Source of the DNA: a virus
Lineage: Duplodnaviria; Caudoviricetes
IMG/VR virus record: IMGVR_UViG_3300017754_002147
Span: 1-36,990 of that record
DNA length: 36,990 nucleotides
Reading direction: 5' to 3' (one strand)
Below the pieces are notes generated by a model that worked only from the letters and a program-made list of their open reading frames with translations, did not search any database and was not told the origin of the DNA. The position numbers and the translations under genes were made by a program. Below are positions 1-8,309 of this stretch, piece after piece; the stretch's first letter is position 1; every line of letters starts with the position of its first letter.

Positions 1-123
1 GACGGCCAGTACCGATTGACCTATGTCGGCCGAGAAATCCTCGGCGCGCGTGGTCCGGTCAATGAACTCACGCCGCTCCAGCTCGCACCGCGGCCGCCGA
101 TGCGACCAGGCGCGGAGATTGCC
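1..123. repeat. Terminal direct repeat, copy 1 (circular contig overlap)
   Basis: 1-123 is identical to 36868-36990. Confidence 0.95.
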
Positions 124-167
124 GCACGCCTTCCTTCGATGGCCGCTGGCCGCTTGTGGAGCCGCTG

Positions 168-692
168 ATGCCATTCCCAAAACGCACTGCAGAGGAAGTG
201 CTGGCGCTTTGCCGCGAGAACGTCCGCATTGATGAGGACGGGTGCTGGATATGGGCCGGCGCGTGCATGAGCGCCGGCTATCCGATTGTGAGCTGGGACT
301 ACCGGCAATGGTTGGTTCGCCGACTGACGTTGGAGCTTTCCGGCCGACGCATCGGAAAGAAGCAGGTCGTGTACTCGTCGTGCGGCGTTCGCAAGTGCGT
401 GTGCCCTGACCACTTGCGCGTGGGCAACCGGAAGCTCGCCGGCCAGCAGAACGCGAAGCACGGCTGCTATCCGAGCGGCGCGAGGCGCTCGCTCATCACA
501 TCGCTGGCGCGCGCAAAGACCGCGCGTCTGCCCATCACCGAGCGCCACAACGTGCTGGCCGCTCGTGCTCGCGGCGAGACGCTGGCGCAAATCGGTTCGC
601 GCTACGGGGTCACCGATGACGCAGTAGGCCACGCGCTTCGCGCATGGGAGCGGGCGCTCGGCCCGGTGCTTTTCTTGAGGGACGCAGCATGA
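168..692 (+). CDS. HNH-fold (HNH_3-like) protein with C-terminal HTH, probably catalytically degenerate
   Basis: GCWIWAG...GYP...CGVRKCVCPDHL motif; C-terminal GETLAQIGSRYGVT HTH; start at TGATG overlap. Confidence 0.7.
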   Translation: MPFPKRTAEEVLALCRENVRIDEDGCWIWAGACMSAGYPIVSWDYRQWLVRRLTLELSGRRIGKKQVVYSSCGVRKCVCPDHLRVGNRKLAGQQNAKHGCYPSGARRSLITSLARAKTARLPITERHNVLAARARGETLAQIGSRYGVTDDAVGHALRAWERALGPVLFLRDAA

Positions 693-1456
693 GCGAAAAG
701 ATGCTTTGGTTTCGGTGCTACGCCGAAATTGTGGACGACGAGAAGCTTCGGCTGCTCGCCTTTGAAGACCGCTGGCATTTCGTCGCGCTGATGGCTTGCA
801 AGGCTGCCGGCATCGTCGACGAAGCCGGGCCGCTCATGCGTCGCAAGGTGGCCGTAAAGCTGGGTCTGGACGTGTCCACCCTGGACGAAGTGGTGCGGAG
901 GCTTGCAGAGGTTGAGCTGATTGACCGCGAGACGCTCCAGCCGGTTGCTTGGGACCGCCGGCAGCACAAGTCCGACACCAGCGCAGAACGCACCCGAGCC
1001 TACCGTGACCGTCTGAAACGTCACCGTGACGTCACCGTGACGCCCCCAGAGACAGAAGCAGAAGCAGATACAGAAGCAGATACAGAGAGAGAGAGAGAAG
1101 CGCGCGCGCAGGAAAAGCCCGCCCGCTCGCCATCCGGCTCGCGCCTGCCCGAAGAGTTCCCGACGAAAGACGAGCTTGCATGGGCGAGGAAAGAGCGCCC
1201 GGACCTAGACGCCGCTCTCGTTGCCGCCTGCTTCCGCGACTACTGGACGGCCAAAGCCGGCAAGGACGGCAGGAAGGCCGACTGGCCCGCCACTTGGCGC
1301 AACTGGGTCCGCAACGAGCGCACTACACCTGCCGCCCGAGCAGCGCCGCGACCCGCGCAAACCCGCATCGAAAACACCATCGCCAGCTTGACCGGGCGCA
1401 ACCGTCAACCGGAGTACATCGATGTCACACCAACCGCTGCCGCTTGCCTTGGTTGA
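689..1456 (+). CDS. Phage replication initiator (replisome organiser / O-like)
   Basis: N-terminal WFRCY..IVDDEKLR, SDTSAERTRAYR motif, internal DNA repeats, C-terminal FRDYW...DWPATWRNWVR (DnaT-like). Confidence 0.8.
   Translation: MSEKMLWFRCYAEIVDDEKLRLLAFEDRWHFVALMACKAAGIVDEAGPLMRRKVAVKLGLDVSTLDEVVRRLAEVELIDRETLQPVAWDRRQHKSDTSAERTRAYRDRLKRHRDVTVTPPETEAEADTEADTEREREARAQEKPARSPSGSRLPEEFPTKDELAWARKERPDLDAALVAACFRDYWTAKAGKDGRKADWPATWRNWVRNERTTPAARAAPRPAQTRIENTIASLTGRNRQPEYIDVTPTAAACLG
1003..1108. other. Putative replication origin (iteron-like repeats inside the initiator gene)
   Basis: CGTCACCGTGACGTCACCGTGACG (1019-1042), repeated CAGAAGCAGATA, (AG)n tract; lambdoid origins lie within O. 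Confidence 0.6.
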
Positions 1457-1886
1457 GCGCTTGTTCGCCCGGTTCTCCGCGACCTGGGGGGCGCAGAAGC
1501 TTGCCGCCATGTTCCCGGTCCCTGAGCACGAGAACGTGAAGGCAATCTGGGCCGAGAGCCTGGGCAAGTTCGAGCGCGAGACCTTGCGCGTCGCGCTGCA
1601 GAACGTGACCGATTCCGGCCGCGAATGGCCGCCGAGCCTGTCGGAGTTTCTGGAGGCTTGCCGGGTTGCCGCGCTCTCTCGCCGGCAGCACGCGCCGGCG
1701 CAGATGCTCGACGTGGCCCGCACGCCGCAGGGCGAGGCGCTGGAGAACCTGAAGCGCGTGGGCGAGCTGGTGGGCAAGCAGCCCAAGCCTGGCCGGGAGT
1801 GGGCGCACAAAATCCTTGCCCGCCGCGAGCGGGGCGAGAGCGTGCCGATGGCCGTCTACGACTTGGCAAAGAGGGCGCTCGCGTGA
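1422..1886 (+). CDS. Putative helicase loader (P-like)
   Basis: Directly after initiator; WPPSLSEFLEAC motif typical of P-like loaders. Confidence 0.65.
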   Translation: MSHQPLPLALVERLFARFSATWGAQKLAAMFPVPEHENVKAIWAESLGKFERETLRVALQNVTDSGREWPPSLSEFLEACRVAALSRRQHAPAQMLDVARTPQGEALENLKRVGELVGKQPKPGREWAHKILARRERGESVPMAVYDLAKRALA

Positions 1887-2284
1887 TTCGCAACCGCGCA
1901 CAAGCCGCGCAGCTCAAGCGCTTTGACGGACTGCGCTGGGGCCGTATCAGCCCCACGGATGTCGACCTGTTCGTCGAGTTTGGCAACCGGCTCTTCGTGG
2001 TGGGCGAGTGCAAGTATCGCAACGCCCAGGTGCCCACGGGTCAGCGGCTGGGCATGGAGCGCATCGTGGACGCGGTGACGCTACCGCCGCATCGCTACGC
2101 GGCGCTGCTCATCCTCAACCACGACACCGAGGACGGCGACATCGACTACGCGCAGACCGAGGTCACGCGCTATCGGTGGCTGGGCGAGTGGAAAAAGCCC
2201 CGCCGGGAAATCGTGCTGGTGGACGCCATCGACCGCCTGCGCCGGTTTGTCGAGAACTCCTGCCGGCTGCGGTTGGTGTCGTGA
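1883..2284 (+). CDS. PD-(D/E)xK-fold hypothetical nuclease
   Basis: GTGA overlap start; PTDVD...VGECKY motif. Confidence 0.55.
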   Translation: MIRNRAQAAQLKRFDGLRWGRISPTDVDLFVEFGNRLFVVGECKYRNAQVPTGQRLGMERIVDAVTLPPHRYAALLILNHDTEDGDIDYAQTEVTRYRWLGEWKKPRREIVLVDAIDRLRRFVENSCRLRLVS

Positions 2285-2655
2285 AGCGCAAGAACATCCC
2301 CACGCCCGAGCAGGCCGAGCGCTTCCAGCATTGGATGCTGTATTGGCGCGATGTGCTGTCGCTGGGCGATTGGCGCATTGAGCGCAGCACCCGGTCGGCC
2401 AGCAAGGGCGCGATGGCCGAGGTGATGTTCGACGACGAAGCGCGGATGGTGACTTACCGGCTGGGTGACTGGGCCGGCACCGAAATCAACGAGCGCAGCC
2501 TGAAAGAGACCGCGCTGCACGAAATGCTCCATGTGCGTCTGCACGACGTGCTGACGCTGGCCCAAGACCGACTTGCAAGCGCCGACCAGATAGCCGTGGC
2601 CGAGCACGGGGTCATCAACGTGTTGGAGCGATTGCTGATGGGGGACAAGCCTTGA
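2281..2655 (+). CDS. Putative HExxH zinc metallopeptidase-like protein
   Basis: GTGA overlap start; ALHEMLHVRL followed by a downstream EH. Confidence 0.55.
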   Translation: MKRKNIPTPEQAERFQHWMLYWRDVLSLGDWRIERSTRSASKGAMAEVMFDDEARMVTYRLGDWAGTEINERSLKETALHEMLHVRLHDVLTLAQDRLASADQIAVAEHGVINVLERLLMGDKP

Positions 2656-3632
2656 GAGCAAAGACGACGGACGACGAATTCATCAGGCTTTGGCGATTAC
2701 ACGGCAGCGCCAAAAAGATGGCCGAGTTCCTTCAAGTTGACCTGCGGACCATCAACCGAAGGCGACGACGATTGGAGCTTCGATATCGCATTGCGTTGGA
2801 GTCGGAAAAAAAAGCACACCTGTTTTCACACCTGCAAACCGCCCACAAGCATGGGGCCAGGTCACAGCTTGGAATTGAAGACGGCGTGGTGCTGGTCTTC
2901 AGCGACGCGCACTTCTGGCCGGGCATTCGCACGACCGCGTTTCGCGGCCTGCTCTGGGCAATTGAAGAACTCCAGCCAAAGGCAGTCATCTGCAACGGAG
3001 ACGCTTTTGACGGAAGCTCTATCAGCCGGTATCCGCGCATCGGATGGGACAGCAAACCCTCGGTGGTGGAAGAGCTGAAAGCCTGCGAGTTTTCCCTCGG
3101 AGAAGTTGAAGAGGTTGCGCTGAAAGCGCGACACAATGCCAAGCTCGTGTGGACGCTGGGCAATCACGACGCCCGCTTCGAAAACCTGCTCGCGCAGCAC
3201 GCCGGCCAGTACGAGGGGGTGAAGGGCTTTTCTCTGAAAGACCATTTCCCCGCGTGGACGCCAGCGTGGAGCTGCTGGGTCAACGACTCCGTGGTGGTGA
3301 AGCATCGCTACAAGGGCGGCATCCACGCCACCCACAACAACACCGTCAGCAGTGGCAAGAGCATCGTCACCGGGCACCTGCACAGCCTGAAGGTCACGCC
3401 CTACAGCGACTACAACCAGCACCCGCGCTTCGGCGTGGACACCGGGACGCTCGCCGAAATCGACGGGCCGCAGTTTGTCGACTACCTCGAGGACAACCCG
3501 GTCAACTGGCGCCCCGGCTTTGCCGTGCTGACCTTCAACAAGGGGCGTCTGCTTTGGCCGGAACTTGTGCATCGGTTCGCGGACGGGGTGGTCGAGTTCC
3601 GCGGCCAACTGGTGGATGTCAGCAGCATATGA
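2652..3632 (+). CDS. Calcineurin-like metallophosphoesterase with N-terminal HTH
   Basis: SDAH, NGDAFD, GNHD, GHLH motifs. Confidence 0.85.
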   Translation: MRAKTTDDEFIRLWRLHGSAKKMAEFLQVDLRTINRRRRRLELRYRIALESEKKAHLFSHLQTAHKHGARSQLGIEDGVVLVFSDAHFWPGIRTTAFRGLLWAIEELQPKAVICNGDAFDGSSISRYPRIGWDSKPSVVEELKACEFSLGEVEEVALKARHNAKLVWTLGNHDARFENLLAQHAGQYEGVKGFSLKDHFPAWTPAWSCWVNDSVVVKHRYKGGIHATHNNTVSSGKSIVTGHLHSLKVTPYSDYNQHPRFGVDTGTLAEIDGPQFVDYLEDNPVNWRPGFAVLTFNKGRLLWPELVHRFADGVVEFRGQLVDVSSI

Positions 3633-3772
3633 GCGGCTGGCTAATCGTGAGCACGGGGCTTGCCTACGCATGGGTGGCCTTTGAGCAGGCAAGCAAGGGC
3701 AACGCGCCCATGAGCGTGGTCTACGCCGGCTATGCCTTCTCCAACATCGGGCTGTACCTCCTTGCGAAATAG
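3629..3772 (+). CDS. Small membrane protein
   Basis: ATGA overlap; MSGWLIVSTGLAYAWVAF...YAGYAFSNIGLYLLAK has two hydrophobic segments. Confidence 0.65.
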   Translation: MSGWLIVSTGLAYAWVAFEQASKGNAPMSVVYAGYAFSNIGLYLLAK

Positions 3773-3775
3773 CGC

Positions 3776-3976
3776 GTGTCCGACGAGCGCTATCGGCACG
3801 AGTGCGAGGTGCGGTGGTGTTGCGCCAACCCTCGCCGGGTCAAGGACTACATCGCCCAGGTGCGGGCAAAGCGTGGAAACGCCGCCGCTGACCTGCTTTA
3901 CGCCGACGCTCGCAAGCAGTACGGGCTGGGCAACCGTGGGCGCAAGGGCGAATGGATAAAAGGGGAGGGGGAGTGA
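3776..3976 (+). CDS. Hypothetical phage protein
   Basis: 66-aa ORF packed in operon; RHECEVRW...QYGLGNRG. Confidence 0.65.
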   Translation: MSDERYRHECEVRWCCANPRRVKDYIAQVRAKRGNAAADLLYADARKQYGLGNRGRKGEWIKGEGE

Positions 3977-4395
3977 CCCGAGACGACATCATCCGCATGG
4001 CGCGGAAGTGTTCTTTTGGCTGGGCCGCCCCCGGTAGAGGGCCGGTGTTAATGAGTGAAGAACAAATCGAAAGATTCGCCGCCCTTGTCGCCGAAGCCGA
4101 GCGGGAGGCGTGTGCGGAGAAAGTGCGCGGGTTTTTTGCGGCGGCGCAGTTTGACAGACGGCATCGTGGTTTTGACGATGTGCGCGTGACCATTGGAGAC
4201 GTTAACGATTTGGCTGACTCAATTTGCAAGAATCCGCTTGAAATTGGAACTGTCAAGAATTCCTTGATAGCTGATGAGGCAGTCGCAGCCGAGCGGGAGG
4301 CGTGTGCGAAGGTGTGTGAGGACGGCATCAACTCCGAGCAATACCCGACTCTGACTGAAATCGCCGCTGCCATCCGCGCAAGGGGGCAAGCGTGA
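3973..4395 (+). CDS. Hypothetical nin-region protein with duplicated EREACA motif, ending IRARGQA
   Basis: GTGA overlap, strong G-rich RBS; DDIIRMAR...ERFAALV...EREACA twice. Confidence 0.7.
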   Translation: MTRDDIIRMARKCSFGWAAPGRGPVLMSEEQIERFAALVAEAEREACAEKVRGFFAAAQFDRRHRGFDDVRVTIGDVNDLADSICKNPLEIGTVKNSLIADEAVAAEREACAKVCEDGINSEQYPTLTEIAAAIRARGQA

Positions 4396-4796
4396 CGCCT
4401 GAGCAGATAGAACGCAAGAAGGTATATCTGCGTGAGTGGTACGCGAAGAACCGAGAGCGCCAGCTTGCAGCCGTCAAGAAGTGGCAGCAGGAAAACAAGG
4501 ATCGCGCAAACGCCAACAAGCGGGCCTATGCCGAGCGCCACCCTGAGCGCATCAAAGAGAGCCAGCGCAAGCACTACAGCAAGCCCGAGGTGCTAGCCCG
4601 TCAGCGAGGCGATCCGAGTCGTATTGCCTACAACCGAAAGCGTGGCGCAGAAACGCGGGCCGTTTTGTCGGATGAGTATGTGCGCCGTGTCATGGCGCAA
4701 CACCTGAGCATCAAGGGAAGTGAACTGCCGCAATCGCTGGTGGATGCTCACCGCGAAGTAATGAGAATCAAAAGGCTGCTAAATGAAAAACGTTAA
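4392..4796 (+). CDS. Basic helical hypothetical protein
   Basis: Starts at GTGA right after repeat 1; K/R-rich. Confidence 0.7.
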   Translation: MTPEQIERKKVYLREWYAKNRERQLAAVKKWQQENKDRANANKRAYAERHPERIKESQRKHYSKPEVLARQRGDPSRIAYNRKRGAETRAVLSDEYVRRVMAQHLSIKGSELPQSLVDAHREVMRIKRLLNEKR

Positions 4797-5001
4797 TGAA
4801 CTGCGGGCCGAGTTGGCTCAGGTGTTTGCACAACTGAAGGCCGGTGCGATCAAGCCCGGAGAGGCGGCAGAGCTTGCGAACATCGCGGGCAAGATGATCG
4901 GCTCTGCGAAGGTGCAAGTGGAGTATTACGCGCTGCGGAAGGAGTCGCCAAACATCGAATTTCTTAAAGATGACGCCATCCGCGCAAGGGGGCAAGCATG
5001 A
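4783..5001 (+). CDS. Hypothetical protein ending in junction repeat
   Basis: MKNVNELRAEL...AGKMIGSAKVQVEY...IRARGQA. Confidence 0.7.
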   Translation: MKNVNELRAELAQVFAQLKAGAIKPGEAAELANIAGKMIGSAKVQVEYYALRKESPNIEFLKDDAIRARGQA

Positions 5002-5261
5002 AGTTTCGCAAAAAACCCGTAGTCATCGAGGCTACGCAATGGTTCAAGAACGGCGACCACCCAGCAGTTTTCACAAAGCGCGACAGCGCAAGCGACCTTT
5101 GGGGCTACATCAAGACGCTTGAGGGTGAGCACATCGTCACACCCGGCGACTGGATCATCACCGGCGTGAAGGGCGAGCACTACCCATGCAAGCCGGACAT
5201 TTTTGCAGCCACTTATGAGCTTGTGGAGGATGACGAAATCCGCGCAAGGGGGCAAGCATGA
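4998..5261 (+). CDS. Conserved small phage protein (RKKPVVIEA...PGDWII...YPCKPDIF family)
   Basis: Recognisable widespread phage motif set; ends in junction repeat. Confidence 0.8.
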   Translation: MKFRKKPVVIEATQWFKNGDHPAVFTKRDSASDLWGYIKTLEGEHIVTPGDWIITGVKGEHYPCKPDIFAATYELVEDDEIRARGQA

Positions 5262-5446
5262 GCGCCCTCGCCGTGTTCATCGCTGCCGGGTACACGGCCG
5301 TTGCTGTTTGGGCCGCCGCCACCGTGCCGCCGACGCCGAAGATGGCCTGGTGCCAAGTGGCGGAAATCTCGCCGGATGTCCCGCCGGCAGACAAGGCCGC
5401 GTGCCGTCGCAGCCGCAAATTATCGCTGGCAGCTAATGGCCGGTAA
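5258..5446 (+). CDS. Small secreted or membrane hypothetical protein
   Basis: Starts after repeat 3; hydrophobic N-terminus, WC...EISPD...C. Confidence 0.6.
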   Translation: MSALAVFIAAGYTAVAVWAAATVPPTPKMAWCQVAEISPDVPPADKAACRRSRKLSLAANGR

Positions 5447-5759
5447 AACCCCCACCGCGCTCTCGCGTGAGCTGCTCCAGTCCGAGGGCTGGCACGTCGA
5501 GCTGGTCGAGCAAACCATTCGCACCGGCAAGTGCGTCTTCAAGCGCGACCTGTTCGGGTTTGTGGACCTGCTCGCCTTGCGCGGGGAAGAGGTGCTGGCC
5601 GTGCAGACCACCAGCTACTCCAACGCTTCGGCGCGGGTGAGAAAAATCACCGACTCGCCGCTGCTGCCGATTGTTCGCAAGGCCGGCATCGCAATCCACG
5701 TTCACGGCTGGCGAAAAGTGGAGGGGAGATGGACCCCAAAAATCACGGACCTTTCGTAG
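5436..5759 (+). CDS. PD-(D/E)xK nuclease, Holliday junction resolvase-like
   Basis: LLQSEGWHVE...DLFGFVDLLAL...LAVQTT; nin-end position. Confidence 0.65.
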   Translation: MAGKTPTALSRELLQSEGWHVELVEQTIRTGKCVFKRDLFGFVDLLALRGEEVLAVQTTSYSNASARVRKITDSPLLPIVRKAGIAIHVHGWRKVEGRWTPKITDLS

Positions 5760-5914
5760 CCGACTTCAAGGTCATCCCCATCGACGGGGCGTGGTTCTGG
5801 GAGTGGCAAATCCCCGGCACCGAGGACACCTACGCCGGTTTTTGCGAGACCCGCCAGGCGGCGATGGACGCGGCGTTCGACATCATCGTTCGACACTATG
5901 AGGGGCTGAACTGA
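5729..5914 (+). CDS. Hypothetical protein
   Basis: GGAGGGG RBS, ATG 5729; stop overlaps next start. Confidence 0.5.
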   Translation: MDPKNHGPFVADFKVIPIDGAWFWEWQIPGTEDTYAGFCETRQAAMDAAFDIIVRHYEGLN

Positions 5915-6432
5915 TGTTCCGAGATGCTCAGTCTGCGCTGCTCTTTGGGATGAACTTCGGCGACCGGGACCACGGCAACGCTGCCGCCGCCGAGCGCTCC
6001 CTCTCCCTCTACGGACCAGACAGGTACGACCGGGAGGCCATCACCGGCCACGGACTGCGAGGAGAGGACGCCGCAGCGCAGGCCGGGATGATTCTGTCGC
6101 GCGTGCAGAAGCTCCCGCCGCTGCTTCAAGCCGAACTCACCGCCCGGTACACCCGCATCAACGTCCGCACCCGGCAGGCGGCCTGTCACATCCTTGCGCT
6201 GAATGCCCGAAGCGCGCTGCCGTGCGAGCTGCCGGTCATCGTTCTGCTGATGCGCCGGGTCTACGGGCTGCGAATCAACCACGGGCGCATTGCCGACGAC
6301 CAGGACGTTCACCTGCAAACCGTCCGCCGGTGGCAACTCCAGACCAATCGTTGGATAAAGCCCATCGCCCAGCGGGCCATCGACCAGGCAGAGAAGCTGC
6401 TGGAAGAGGCCGGCATCGTCGAGCGGGCGTAA
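5914..6432 (+). CDS. Putative late-gene regulator (Q-position antiterminator or activator)
   Basis: Last early gene before a non-coding gap and terS; C-terminal HTH-like IADDQDVHLQTVRRW. Confidence 0.5.
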   Translation: MFRDAQSALLFGMNFGDRDHGNAAAAERSLSLYGPDRYDREAITGHGLRGEDAAAQAGMILSRVQKLPPLLQAELTARYTRINVRTRQAACHILALNARSALPCELPVIVLLMRRVYGLRINHGRIADDQDVHLQTVRRWQLQTNRWIKPIAQRAIDQAEKLLEEAGIVERA

Positions 6433-6720
6433 GAATCATTTTTAATGTTTAGCCAGCCGCTCCGGAAAAAATGCACAACCCCATTTATTTCCGCTTGACG
6501 GGTGCGCGTTTTACCCATTAAAAGCGCCCCTAATCGCTATGGTGGGCAATTGTCAGCCCACTATATCTAGTGCTTTTGCAGCGAGTCAGCGAGCGCAACG
6601 CCGCACAGAACCCTGCAAACCGTCCGCCGGGGCACACCACAGCCTCCACGCTTGCACCCTATCCAATAGGTGGTAGCTGCCCCGGCTCCCAACTGGCCGA
6701 CAATCCGACAGGAACCGGCG

Positions 6721-6993
6721 ATGGAAACACCGAAAAATACACGCGGGTTCGCCAAGGGCAATCCCGGAAAACCAAAGGGCGCGACCAACAAGGTCACCAA
6801 AGAGCTGCGCGAGATGGTTCTTGAGGCGCTCGACCGTTCCGGCGGCGTTGATTACCTGGCCGAACGCGCCATCGACCCCAAGACCGCCGGAGCATTTTTG
6901 ACGCTCATCGGAAAAATCATTCCGACGACGGTCAAGGGCGACATGAAGGTGACGGGCGGCGTGGTCATCATCCCGGCCAAGGCTGATGCCTGA
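6721..6993 (+). CDS. terS: Terminase small subunit
   Basis: FAKGNPGKPKGATNKVTKELRE N-terminal motif; directly before terL. Confidence 0.75.
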   Translation: METPKNTRGFAKGNPGKPKGATNKVTKELREMVLEALDRSGGVDYLAERAIDPKTAGAFLTLIGKIIPTTVKGDMKVTGGVVIIPAKADA

Positions 6994-8305
6994 GACCATC
7001 TGGGAGCCCACGCCAAAGCAGGCCGAATTCCTGAGCGCTTCCGAAGACGAGGTGCTGTTTGGTGGTGCCGCCGGGGGCGGGAAGTCCGACGCCATCATCA
7101 TCGACGCGCTGGGCGCTGCGTTCGGGGGCTGGCAGAACGCCAATTACCGGGCGCTGCTGATTCGCCGCACGTTCCCGCAGCTCCGCGAGCTGATTGACCG
7201 CACGCGCGCCATTTACCCGGCCATCGACCCCGGTGCCACGTTCAAAGAGGCTGACCGGCTTTGGGAGTTCACGAGCGGCGCGAAGGTCATTTTCGGCTAC
7301 TGCGAGCGCGACCCGGATGTCTACCAGTATCAGGGCCAGCAGTACCAATGGATTGGCGTGGACGAGCTGGGACATTTCCCCACGCCGTTCGTCTACGAGT
7401 ATCTGACCAGCCGCTTGCGTTCGCCGGATGTGAGCCTGCGCTGCTATATGCGCGCGACCTGCAACCCCGGTCCGAAGTGGATTATGGAGCGCTTCGGCAT
7501 CCGCAAGTCCGGGCAGGCAAGCCTGGTCGAGCTGGATGTCGAGGGCCGCAAGTTCCGCCGCCGGTTCATCCCGTCATTCCTGTCGGACAACCGGCATTTG
7601 GAGAACACCGGCTACCGGGAGCGCCTGCTGCAACTGCCGGCCGCGCAGCGCGAGATGCTGCTCGAGGGCCGGTGGGACGTGTTCGATGTGCCGAGCGCCG
7701 TCTACAAAGACGAGATGCGGGCGGCCCGAGAGGGCGAGCGGATACGGCCCGTGCCGCACGACTCCAGCCTGAAGGTTCACACGGTCTGGGACTTGGGCTT
7801 TGCCGACAGCATGGCAATCATCTGCGTGCAGAAGGGGCCGGACGGCGTGCTGCGGGTCATCGACTACCTGCAAGACAGCCGCAAACCGCTGGACTTCTAC
7901 GTCCGGGAGCTCCAGACGCGGCCGTACAACTTCGGCACGGACTTCCTGCCGCATGACGCTGACAGCAAGCATTTCCTCACCGGCAAGAGCACGCGGGAGG
8001 TGATGCAGCAGATGGGCCGCAACGTCATCGTGCTGCCGCGCCTGTCGGTGGACGAGGGCATTCAGGCAGCCCGCCGGGTGTTCGAGCGCGTCTACTTCGA
8101 CGACGTAAAGGCCACCAGGCTCATCGACTGCTTGCAGAACTACAAGTACGGCATCAACGCGCAGACGGGCGCCTACACGGTGCCGGTGCATGACGACTGG
8201 TCCCACGGGGCCGACGCTTTTCGCTATCTCGCCATGTGCGAGGGCCAACTGAGCAACGACGACTGGAACGGGTCCATCAACTACCCGCGACTGTCCTACG
8301 CATAA
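6986..8305 (+). CDS. terL: Terminase large subunit
   Basis: Walker A GGAAGGGKS, Walker B IGVDE, ATCNP, nuclease WDLG...SHGADAFRY. Confidence 0.95.
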   Translation: MPETIWEPTPKQAEFLSASEDEVLFGGAAGGGKSDAIIIDALGAAFGGWQNANYRALLIRRTFPQLRELIDRTRAIYPAIDPGATFKEADRLWEFTSGAKVIFGYCERDPDVYQYQGQQYQWIGVDELGHFPTPFVYEYLTSRLRSPDVSLRCYMRATCNPGPKWIMERFGIRKSGQASLVELDVEGRKFRRRFIPSFLSDNRHLENTGYRERLLQLPAAQREMLLEGRWDVFDVPSAVYKDEMRAAREGERIRPVPHDSSLKVHTVWDLGFADSMAIICVQKGPDGVLRVIDYLQDSRKPLDFYVRELQTRPYNFGTDFLPHDADSKHFLTGKSTREVMQQMGRNVIVLPRLSVDEGIQAARRVFERVYFDDVKATRLIDCLQNYKYGINAQTGAYTVPVHDDWSHGADAFRYLAMCEGQLSNDDWNGSINYPRLSYA

Positions 8306-8309
8306 AACT

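Larger units (their letters stand above)
4372..5257 (+). repeat. Three identical 20-bp gene-junction repeats ATCCGCGCAAGGGGGCAAGC (4372-4391, 4978-4997, 5238-5257)
   Basis: Each is followed by (A/G)TGA overlapping stop/start; three ORFs end in IRARGQA*. Confidence 0.95.

Noticed and set aside
1-123. 123-bp terminal repeat as a biological direct terminal repeat
   Set aside because: It falls mid-gene and far from the terminase; most simply an assembler overlap of a circular contig
1084-1098. (AG)7 tract as a phase-variation switch
   Set aside because: It lies in the origin-like linker of an essential initiator and the frame is intact; no evidence of variation
4372-5257. CRISPR array
   Set aside because: The intervals are hundreds of bp, unequal and protein-coding; no cas genes
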